From contig NW_026781893.1 in assembly GCF_031769215.1 (NCBI RefSeq), positions 744,001 to 808,000 on the forward strand: 64,000 bases of DNA. The letters run 5' to 3'. How positions within the stretch are numbered: the stretch's first letter is position 1; the number at the start of each line of letters is the position of its first letter. Below are positions 27,088-39,200 of this stretch, one piece after another. Source of the stretch: Ylistrum balloti. Lineage: Eukaryota. A program made the translations under genes and the position numbers. The notes under the pieces are model-generated. The model was given only the letters and a program-made list of their open reading frames with translations. It was not told the DNA's origin and did no database searches.

Positions 27088-29923
27088 CTATAGCTCTTGC
27101 TTCTGTTGTCGTAGTTTGTATGCAGCTGGATCATATTTTGGCATGAGTTCCTCTACTGTACGTATGAAGTCTGATTTCTCTGCACATCCTTTACATGCAT
27201 CACTGCGGTCCCAGTCACTGAGAATTTCCTTCAGCTGCTTCACGCGTAGCTTCTTCAGGTCTATCTCGGCAAGGTTCATCTTCTTTTCTGTAATTAAGTT
27301 TACAAAAATTTTAAAATGAAGAAAAAATGTGGCAGTGTATGTAACACACTTCTCTTAAACAAAACAACTGGGTTTGATTTCATTTCATTTCACAAAGATT
27401 CCATTAAAAAACAAAAAAATAGGTATTAGGAATAGACTAAAGTCTATATCAGACCTAAGGTGGAAAAATGGATACATAGTTATTATATTACATAATGATA
27501 TATCATACATTCACTAAAACATGAACAACTGACATCTATGGGTACCACATATAATGAGTTACCTCCCCTATATCTTGTGCATGAAAAACTACTTCAAATA
27601 TATCTGGTATGTTTGATCATCTAATTATTGGAATGACAGAAAACAAATAATCCAGACAAATTAGACAAAGTGTGGTCTCTCTGTCTGAATGCATGATTTC
27701 ACTGTTTTCTTTCAGGCGGAGTACTACAAAATGTTGAAATAGTGGTTGACCACCAATGCTAACGCTGAACATCACTAAAAATTTCAAATTTCAATTGGCA
27801 AAAAAGTCTTGAAACTTACTTATTTTTATTTCACAAATCTGGGAATCTTTCTTATTCAATGTTTCACAAATCTTTTCTGCTGGTTTATTAAATGACAAAG
27901 GTCTTGTGATTTCATTAAGCATGCCTGTAGCTGATGTCTCCAGCCCTCCGATATAATAACACTGAAAATAAACAATTTATTATGTCAATGAATCTTTATG
28001 AATATTTTGATATATTAAAGCTGTTTCAAATCTATGTGTTGGATTTTTCTTTGCTTTATTTCTATATTTAAAAATGGGTAATTTCACTAAAGGTATTAGG
28101 GCCCACCTTTAGAGGCTATACATGTAAATCTATCAATTTGCAAAGCTGTGATTTTTTTAGGTTCAAACTGCTCGTTATTGATAGTCAAACAGTGCTTATA
28201 CTCATATTTTATAAGAGGTCATGGAATTTGTTTTGAAAAGCAGAGTTTTTGTGTTGGAAACCTGTAATTATTACAGGGAAAAACACAAATACTTACTAAA
28301 AATGATCATATACTTCAGGGTTATTTTTTTGTTGTCTAATAATTAAATACATTTTTAAGTTAATAGTACACTGTGGAAGTTTTTCACCTTTTGACTTCAT
28401 TGTATATTTTTGAGTTGCACTGAAAACTAGGTCATGTATGAATATTTCAATTTAATATGTTTATGAAATATGTTTAATCATGCATACTTACAATTCTTTC
28501 ATATTCTTTGGTTGTGGTTTTTTTACAAAAGGCTAATAATTCTGTCTTGATCTTGTCCTTATCTTTGCGTGTATTGTCTGATACAGTTTCATCGAATGCC
28601 TTCACAAAGTTCACACATGCTGTAAATGTAAAATAATTACAAATTCAGACGACAGTAGAGTATCGATCTTTAAGAATGACTGAAATCTCAAATAATATTT
28701 TACCATAATTAATACTAACAGATGGATTATAATTCTTTAATGTACATGTGCATTTTGCTGCTGGACCACACATGCACACGACAATAGAAAGACCTGCCAT
28801 GCTCCATCAGCTGAGTGAAAATGACCAATGGATCAGGTTGAAAATTTAAATGCTGATGGTGAATGAGAGACATTTTATGACAAACATGATGTGCATGTAT
28901 ATATTGCTACACAAAGTTTTGTCAATTCTTTTCTCATTTTAGTGAGGCTACCAATGCCATTCGGAGGATCTTGAATGGAAATCTGGGAATCTCAATATTT
29001 GTATTGTGTATGGCTGATAATGGAATTTCCACTTGATTTGTTAAATGTACTGTCTCATATAATACAAGTGCCAATGCTAAAATTCTCGACTATAAAACAT
29101 CATTAAAAGACTTTAAATTTCTATCAGGATTTATTAGGGATGGTAAATTAGTAATGGACACAGGCTTTAAACTCTATTCATATTATATGTATCAAGCAAA
29201 ATATTACAAGGCAGTTTGCACATAGTATTTCATCATGTAATAGTTGATATACTCAACATCATGAATGTATGATATCAAAATTACACAAAGTGTTTGTATA
29301 CGGTACAGCCACTACAGGGTCTTAATTCTTCCAATGTTTCAAACTCCATCTAAATGGATTTCAAATTTCTTAATTTCAATTTCACGTTCAAATGATTTTA
29401 TGTAATACATGTGTATTTCTGGGCTAACTTGAGTGTTTCTGTGATTTAGTGAAGTTACCAGAAGTGGAAGTGCAATCACGTCAATCATTTCAAGTATGTG
29501 ATTTTGAGATAGTATCTTTGGATATTTCTAGATAAAATATTTGCCTTTCATCAGTCAGTTTTTAAATAAATGTTATAGTATTAAGATATATCCAGTCATT
29601 TATGTATTTACTTGCAGGCAGTTTATCAGCTAATGAAAATCATTCTTAAGGGGTCCGAAACTGATACACCAAGTATATAATGTTCACATGTACAAAGTAA
29701 GATACTTGAAAGCCCTTATAACTTGTGTATTTTGCAACACCATTTCAATTTCATACATGACCTGGTCAATAGTTCCGTTCTACCAACAGATTCATTCAAA
29801 AAATGATTGTTTCTTTTACAAATGAATAGCTAATATACCTTCACAATCTTCTGGTCTGTACTTCGCATTGACGATGACAACACACCACGCGACAACTGTC
29901 AGACACACCAACTTCTTCTCCAT
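27088..29923 (-). CDS. MANF: MANF/CDNF (ARMET) family ER-stress protein, 184 aa
   Basis: Exons 29923-29839, 28619-28492, 27961-27820 and 27287-27088 (555 nt, GT-AG, phases 1/0/1). Has a signal peptide, 8 Cys, [20 protein letters not shown], the CKGC motif, ELMPKY and a C-terminal KQEL. Confidence 0.96.
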
Positions 29924-30237
29924 CGTTCCAATACTTAGAAAAGTGGTTCTGTTGTTGTGAAATTTCTGTTGAATTCTTGATTGTTCAGTATGAAACGACA
30001 ACAAGTTTCGGTTAAAACGTCTTACGTATGTAAACTTGTTTTTACTATTTTCATACAAAAGACATGTCAAAATGAAACGTGTACGTGAACGACTGTGATG
30101 ATACCGGTAAGTTACGTGTCCTACAGGAAGCACATGTACATCTGTCGTTCTGTGATTGGTGGAGTAAGTACTTCCGGGTTTTCACGGGTCATATTAGGGG
30201 TCATTGATGCGATCTCAAGAGAAACGAGATTTAAAAC
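29924..30237. promoter_or_regulatory. Probable bidirectional promoter and 5' UTRs shared by MANF and HSPA14
   Basis: Only 314 bp between the divergent ATGs. Contains an ETS motif ACTTCCGG (30170-30177), ATTGG/CCAAT (30155-30159) and several ACGT cores. No canonical ERSE or ERSE-II found. Confidence 0.75.
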
Positions 30238-33200
30238 ATGGCAGCCTTCGGTGTACACTTCGGGAATTCTTCAGCATGTTTAGCTGTGTTTAAGGTTAAT
30301 TATTTTTAACGTTTAATCTGCACTACTATAGTTGAATTCTTATACATCCAACTTTACGAATGATTGGAAGTAACAGTGGTGTAAAAAGTGACATTTTCCC
30401 GATCAGCACGTGCACGTGCGAAGGGTTGATGGGTGCATTCGAATTGCACCTATGGAATGTTAGTATAACCTGGCATTGTTAGAACCAGGAAAGTTGCCTA
30501 CATTCCTTTCTAAGTCTTCAGCAACGAAGACACCACTATTTAGAACCCAGGTTCAGATATCCCCTTGTCAACCTTTCCCCTACTGGAAACAAGGGTCGAC
30601 CGTGGGCAACATATATAACACGTGTAATTATGCGATCCCTAGCGGAATTATTCTTTTTTTTTCTACATGAACTGCTATTTTACCATAATGCAGCTGGTTC
30701 GATACTCAAGGGCCTGTTCCCATTATCACGAGTTTCGTGCAAGACATCAACTGACTGACAAACTCCTAACAAAGGGTTTCAGAAAATACAGGTTAATGAA
30801 AATAAAGGGGAAGTTTTATGGACGTCATATATATTCCATTTTTTTGTCCTATATGAAACTGGATGTGTTTAATGATAATTAGTTAAATTTGCCTGTTTGT
30901 TTTATTTTTGTATATATGCCTTATTCTAATTTTCAATTTTTGTATATATGCCTTATTCTAATTTGAAAATGTGACATTATTTACTTGGATAGTCCAAGTT
31001 ATACATGCAGAGTGTCATTGAAACAGAAGATGCTTACTTTTCCAGGACATTATGTATAGTCTTATTCTCCGGGTCCTCTTTCAAGAGTCTGTATTAATCA
31101 TTCTTTTTGGTATATTCTTGTTTTTTGGGGTTTTCTTGATACATTGTATAACAGAAAATAATTGATTGTAACTTTGGTATTAATTGTTTCTGATGAAATA
31201 TTGCAGGATGGGAAGACTGATGTGGTGGCCAATGATTTGGGAGACCGAACAACGCCAGCAATGGTGGCTTATACTGAATTAGAACAGGTAAAAACAATGT
31301 TGGCGTATATTGAGTTAGAACTGGTGAGGATCATGGTGGCTTAAACTCACTTACAACAAGTAAGGGTTCAGGTGGCTTACACTGAATGAGGACAGACAAG
31401 GACCATGGTTGCTTAAACTTAAGTTAAATTAGGTATGAACCATTGTGGTTTAGATTGAATTAAGACAGGTGGGTTACTCTGCAGAATTGGAGCAAGGAAG
31501 GGTTCAGGTAGCTTATAGTACACTGATTGACTGATTAAGAACAGGTATCATGGTTTACACTGAATTAAAACAGGTTGTGATCAGGGTTATGATAGCTTAT
31601 TTAGAATTAAAACAGGTAATAGAACAGTCTTTATTAAACACTGAATTAAGAATGAAAATGCTAAAATTTCCAAACAGTTTTGTTGTTAGTACGTGTGTTT
31701 GAAACCTGTCCCTGACACCCTAAAGAACATCTAATTTGTATAAATGTGATTTTTTATTACTTAAATAAAAACATTATATCCACATTCAACCTTATATTTC
31801 AGGCAGTAGGCATGGCTGCCAAACAAGCATATATCAGAAATGCTCAGAATACAGTTCCCTGTGTGAAAAAGGTCCTTGGCCGTGCTATGGATGATCCAGA
31901 AGTACAGGCATACAAAGATTGTTATGCAGTGAAGGTAAAGGGGAATAACTGTGTTTTATATTGTATACTGTTTCTACAGTGGAAATAAATTAATATTTTG
32001 ACAACATCATAAACATTTAACAAGGAAGAAAATAGAGGATAGGTTCAAAATTTAAAGATTCCAGGTTGTTAAATCTTCTCAACAGAATGGGAGATTTTGT
32101 TTGCCCACATTGTATCAGAATTAATTTCATGAAATATGTTTTAGAAAAAAATTACAAATCAGTTATAAGGATACAATGGATTGTGTTTGTTTACTTATTT
32201 GAACCTATTTGTACTAAATTGTATTGAAGAATGGATAAAGAATGCATGATTTTTTCACTTCTGTCTTCATTTGTGAAAGACAAAAATATCAACACCAACT
32301 CAAGATTCCTCAACAGTGAGTCAAGCAGGGAGCAGAAGGTATGAGTTTCTCTAACTAAAAACTATGTATCAAAGGACATTTTATTCATGTACAGTTTTTA
32401 AAAATCCAGCAAAGCAATTACATTAATGTATGGTTTTCTTTGTTTCTTAATTTGTAGGTTGTACCTCATAAAGGTGAGCCTCATTTTCAAGTGGAATTCA
32501 AAGAAAAGACAACACTGGTTAGTCCAGGAACTGTGGCTGAAGCAGTGTTCAAAACTATGATGGGTAAGAGATCATTGACTAGATCTAATATTTGTGCCAG
32601 CACTTCTCATTTAACATATAGAAAGATATTTGTAGTCATCACTGTATTCATCCGTCCATAAACGATCATTGTTATGATGATTTCTTGAGAAGTGCTGTAT
32701 GCACATTTCTCAAATTTCATATGTAGATTCCCTTTGGACCCTAGTTGTGCCTTCTTCATTTTGGGACTAATCAGAAACACAGAATAGCCAACAGGTGATT
32801 ATCTTGGATTTGACTGTTTAACATTATTATAAAAATTCAGAAGAATTTTCAAAAATTTCCTGTAAGTAAGGGCAAAAACAGGAAAGAAGAGAAAAGAAAG
32901 GAAAGATCCTCCATCTCTTAAAGAATAAATAAAGATCAAATGATGGTGGGACTCCCTTTGGGATCTCTTGTTTCAGTTTATAGTTGCTGAAGTCCAGTTA
33001 AATGTCTAAACTTCTTACATCAAGAGAAAATTATAACCCCGCAAGAAAATTTGGAGGAGGGGTGGTATATTGGAAGAACCCTGTCTGACTGTCAAGCAGT
33101 ATTTCTCAATCTAGACATACTACATCCTTATCGCTTTTCGTAAAATTTTGACAACATTTGTTAAGAGTTACACCCTTAAATGTAGATATTCTGTATGGAA

Positions 33201-36200
33201 GATTTTGTCAATTGTGTCTGATAAAGTACTGAAGCAATATTTCTCAAACTTAGCATCCTGCATCCCTATGATATGATGTGCCCTTTCATTTAAACATGAT
33301 CAGATGCTACAGCTGATTATAGCCTAGGATTTGACACATCAGGTGTTTCCATGGAAACACTTTGGAGGCTTCTGATTGGTTGAAGTTAAGATGTTATCTA
33401 ATTAAGTTGAAAATTGGTATAAAAGGTTTAGGGGAATGACAAATACAAGGATAACATTTTTGAAAAAAAAGTTTGGTTGCCATGGTGACCAAATTAAGAC
33501 CTCTTGGTGGAATCTCATTGGGACAACCCCTCTGAAACTATTGTTGATTGGGGAGGGAGTATATTGTATTATTGAAGGTGCTATGGGAGTACTTTGAACC
33601 TCCTACTTCAGATAATCAGTGTATTTGTTTTAATCACACAAACCATTTACTGATTGATTCAGTATGAGGACAAATTTACATCTCTTGTTTGCTAATTAAG
33701 AAAGTTTTATTAGTTCTGCTATAAAATTCAACATGACAGAAAAGCTGCTATAAAATTCAACATGACAGAAAAGCTGCTATAAAATTCAACATGACAGAAA
33801 AGAATATCTCTGACAAATGAAAATATCTTTCATTAAATGTTCACCAGTGAAATATAAAGAATTAGATAGTGTTATTTTTCACAATAATGGAAGACAACAA
33901 GTTTGTGTCAATTTTTACACATAATAGTACAATAGTAGAGGGGCATTCATATTCACCCCAGTTTATATATACATCCGAAACATTAAGTTAATTTTATTTT
34001 GAAAATCTTTTAAGTCACAAAACATGACATGCACATTACCTAGACAATTTTTGTTTTTTTGTCTGTTTCTCTGGAACTGTGATTACCCAGTTTTGTTACT
34101 TCACATGTTCATTTATCTTGCACAGTACTTACCTGCCATTATTTGTAGGTCAGTGTGACCTATATTTTTTACTTTGTTTGGTTAAACAATTACTTTGGTT
34201 AGACTTAACATGAGTATTAGATTCAATTTAAAACTTTTATTTTTTTCATCAGGTATTGCCAAAAGTCATGGGGATGGAGACATACACGACTCTGTGTTAA
34301 CAGTGCCTACTAATTTTACAGAGGAACAAATAACAGCCATTAGGTGATTAATTTAGCACAGCAATAAACAGCCTGTTATTTTGAGGGAATATTTGTAGGT
34401 ACCATAGAAATCAAAGTGGAGGGGAGTGTAAGATTAAAAATATTCAAAGCTATCAGAGGGTGAAGACACTTACCTTTGGTAATGTTGTTAATTCTTTCTT
34501 TAAAATAATCACCTTTAACTGCCATCAAATATTACTCTCATTGGCTGTCTTCACACTTTAATATAAAAACAGATTTTAAAAGGATCCATTTTTAAAATTG
34601 TATTCAAAGTCTGATTGGTGAAGTTATGTTTGTTAGTGATGCTGCAGCTTCAGGAGGGTTCAATATTCTACGAGTGATTAAAGAGCCACTGGCAGCACTC
34701 ATGGCATATGATATCGGACAGATGGAAAACAAAACAGAGAGGTAATATAAATGTTTAGAAAATTTTAATAATTAAGTACAAAGACATTACTGATGATCGT
34801 TAAAAATATTTTTTCTGTCTCTAACAAGAATGCAAGCTTAACTTGGTTCTAAAACTGATATACAGGAAATATTTCCTTGTAAATTGGTCATAATGTAACC
34901 AAAGTTTGCTGGAATTATACTCCTTACAAAAGTCTTTATAAACTAAGGTACTTATTAATGTACAATTTTGACATATGTCCATTGGCTTGATCTTATGTAT
35001 TTGTGTCTGTCAGTATACATGTTGATCATTTACCAATTAGTGTTCAAATTATGCCACACATCTGTCTTACAATGTAACACCAGTACAATCAAATACCATT
35101 TCATTTCTTTATGCTTGTCTGCCTATACCCTACCAATAACTGCCCTGTAAAAATTTAATATCAAAAGGGTACAAGAAGGCCAGGAAAATTGATGATAATG
35201 AGATAATATCTGTTTACAGTTGTACATTGGTATTCCGCCTCGGTGGAGAGTCGAGCAGTGTCTGTGTAGTCAAGTCGTATAATGGTCTGTACCGCATCAT
35301 GGGTTCTGTCAACAGTACCCAGTTGTCAGGGTCAAAGTTTACTAAAGCCCTGGCAGACCACTTAGCAGCAGAATTTTACAGGTAACCTACTCTTATAGGT
35401 CATTGATTGTTCCTTGGCTCTGGATGTTACCAGGTACATAAAGATTTCATGTGTTACAATTTCACATCTTTAAGATATGATTTGGGAATTTGATGTTACT
35501 TTCTCAGTTCAGTTTTAAGTACTTTTCCTGATATTTTGATGGTTCTTACATATGATACTTTCTCCGTAAATCATATTGAATTGTTATCTTTTTATGGCAC
35601 TTAAAAATCTGGAACAGTCTTATCATACACAAATAATTATTTTGCTATCTGTACAGATTAAATCATCTTACTCCAACTTTACAGTATTTCTATTCTGATA
35701 TCATTTGATAATGTCAGATTTTACAATTTCATTTGTAATCTTGCTCAACCTTTATTGTTTGTTTGAGTGGTTTTATGTCTGTTTCACTTCTGAGTGATTT
35801 AGTTTTTCAAGAGACCTGGCATATTTAATCTTATATGAGAAATGTGGAATTAGAATGAAGAATTACTGATGCAGACATGTTTAAAAGTGTTCTTTGCAGT
35901 ACTGTTTTCACTTACTTTAAAAGTTTTTTTCTGCCAAGAGTGCTAATGGGTGCGATATTTTATTAAATTATATCAATTTAAATTCAAATAATTTTTCTCT
36001 TTAAGGTACCTATATGTTATTACTTTGTTTTAATTTTCATAACGATAACAATAGACAGTGCTTTGCTGTAGGGCGTTGTACTTTTTGATATTTCAGACAG
36101 TACAAACTTGACGTGAAGGAGAGTCGGCGGTCATTGAGTAAACTCAGTGTGGCAGCTGAGAGGTGTAAACACACATTGTCTACCCTTGGCAATGCTTCCT

Positions 36201-39200
36201 GTGCTGTTGATTCTCTGTTTGAGGGTGTAGACTTCCACAACAGTGTATCCAGGTAATCCTCGCTAAAGATGATGTAGTATTCTGCTCAGAAATGTGCCCA
36301 ATTTCACTTTTAATTATTTCCAGAGAAAATCAATGGACCCTTCTCACCAATATGGATTCTACCTGATGATTAATAGTAATAGAATCACTACCCACGTAGA
36401 GTTGAGATGGGATGATCTCAACCCAATGGGAAAGATTCTCAAGCTGTCAAACAGGAGGCTTGATGAGTGATTGCCATCTTAAGAATCTTTCCATGATGGT
36501 TAGATCTCCATATGTTATGTTGCATTGTCAGTGCTAGACATTGTTGTCAGGACAATGTGACATCATTGAATTGTTACTGTGTTGTCCTGACAGGGAAATC
36601 TTCCCTATCTCCCTTTAGGATATGGCAATTAAATCTCACCTAGTTAAAACATAGATACCTCTATCCTGGGTTAGAGAATATTTTATGTACTTTAATGTAA
36701 GGGCGACCTCTATAGATATATCTCTGTAAAATTTTCAATACAGTAAATGATATCTTTAATAATATTGGTTAATTAACAACACAGATAAATTGAGTGGAAT
36801 TATTAGGTCAGTATTATAAATTTAGAACTTTCTTGACAATATCTGTTCATGTTGAATCCACAGATTTACATTAAAGATAACTGTTTTAAGAAAAATAATA
36901 GTAACATGTGTATCCATACCATGGATACCTCTAGAAAGCCATGCATGCTTGTTAAACAGTACAAGATGACCAGACCAAAGCCAGTCACTGACTGTCCACT
37001 TGTAGTCAGCTGATCTGGATACAACCATGCTACATCAAATTGGTGGTTTAAGGTCTTCCTGGCCAAGTTTTGCCACAGGAGAAGTATGTCCATCAAACAA
37101 ATGCAAGCACTCGAGTAAAGATGTATATGTTTGTGAAGGTCAACTACAACAACAATTTATCAGTATCATAATGTTTATTTTACAACAACAATTTATCAGT
37201 ATCATAGAGATTGTTTATTTTACAACTACAACAACAATTTATCAGTATCATAAAGATTGTTTATTTTACAACTACAGCAGCAATTTTTCAGTATCATAAA
37301 GACTGTTTATTTTAGGATAGGTGTTTTCATTTCCGCTACTAAACAGAAACACACCTGTGTAATTGATGAACTTATTTTCATGCAGCACTTAATTTTTTAC
37401 TGCATATTCAGGGATGATGTGATTTTATTGTTCCTTAAGTAAAGACATTTCCACTAACCTTCAAACATTTCCACTTCCCTTCCCTACAGACACTAGTAAT
37501 TATAATGTTGTTTTCCACTCTGTCAGTCCATCCATGTATCTGTGAAAATTTGTCAGCACTCTAGCAGCTTCATTCCTTTAGGGATTCTTGTCAAAATATC
37601 TTTTACAAGTTTTAGTTTTAGGGTTTTTGAATCAAGGTCAAGGCCAATAACTAGAAATTAGAAAATCATTGTCAGTGCTCTAGTGGCTTTATTCCTTGAA
37701 GAATTTTGGAATTTCTCAAAAATGAAATTTCCATACAGTAAAACACATCTTGAATTTTTGCAGGTTTAAAATTTATTGTTAAAGCAAATAAAAGCATTGC
37801 ACCTGTCTGTTCGAAGTTTTAATGTTCTGATATATTTTTTACATTGCCAGAAGTCATATTCAGCTAATTTTCATAAATTCATGAGTGAAGCATGTATATA
37901 ACAGGAGGGACCAGTGACCATTCCTATATGGTCAACTGTTTTAGAAATACATGCTATATGAACAAGGCGTTCATAGGTTTCTCTTGGTTAAATGTGGCCA
38001 TGGAGAGATAATCACACCTGACAAGAATGAAATCCAGCTCAAACTATAAACAGGTGCCTGTTTTCAGTAATGTAGGTAACATTGGCATTTCCCATAATTG
38101 AATTACAGATGTGCTATCTGTAACTGAAACAAGTTCAAAGCTAGTAACATGTATGACATAAATCTCAGAGGTTTATTGTGAATAGTGGAAGAAGTAATGA
38201 AAGTCCTGTCCGGGAAGGTAGCTTATAACTGTAGCACAACAATGAAACCTCAATGGACCAGCATTGTTGAGATATAAGATTTTACACATTAACCAAATTA
38301 GTGTTTGCCAAAAGGAGTGAATGAGACACATAGAGTATGTTACATGATTTTCAATGTAACAAAATTTATTATACAAATTGAGTGATATGACATGACATGA
38401 GCCTTTAAGCAGGTGACATATGAAACTATCTAATGAGTTAAGTAAATTCCATGTTACACCGATGTGCACAAGTGTAAGATACTATTTATCATTCAGCCTC
38501 TTTTTCTGAAAAAGAAGCAAAAGCTCTCAAATTGATTTACCTTTAAGACTATTTTTGGATGCAGATGTAACATTTTTCTCTACCTTTAAATAGCGATACA
38601 AGAAATCATGTGGAGGCGACATATAGTCAAGAGACAGCAAAACAGTTATAGAAATAATAGGTACTACAACACTCTATAAAGGGACATATAGTCTAAAAAC
38701 AGCTTATTACTTATTGTGTTGCCTGCAGAGCTGGCGGACACTTAGGGATCACTTTGTCCGTCATCACACGTCGACGGTGGCGTCTGCGGTGTCCATAAGA
38801 AAGTTTTCCTGACTTTTTTCGGTTATGCTTTAAGTTTTCAAAATTAAATTGAGTATATGGCTTCTTGTTGGAAGGGTACAGATTAAGTTAGATTCCTGGC
38901 TGTCTGTAACACTTCTTGGCAGAGTAATGCCTGTTTGAACTTAGAAAATTCTCTGGGAATATTTTTTTCCTGACTTTTGCAGGTTATTCTTTGAGTTATT
39001 GAAATGAAATTTGGTATATGGCTTCTTGTTGGAAGGGTACAGATTAGTTTTGACATCCAGTTAGATTTCTGGGTGACCGTGACACTTTATTTTGCGACAC
39101 ATATTCTTTGAGTTATTGAAATGAAATTTGGTATATGGCTTCTTGTTGGAAGGGTACAGATTAGTTTTGACATCCAGTTAGATTTCTGGGTGACCGTGAC

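Noticed and set aside
32280-32338. Possible 59-nt poison exon in HSPA14 intron 3 (strong AAG|GTATGA donor)
   Set aside because: The acceptor (GTGAAAG) is poor, and there is no supporting evidence without RNA data.
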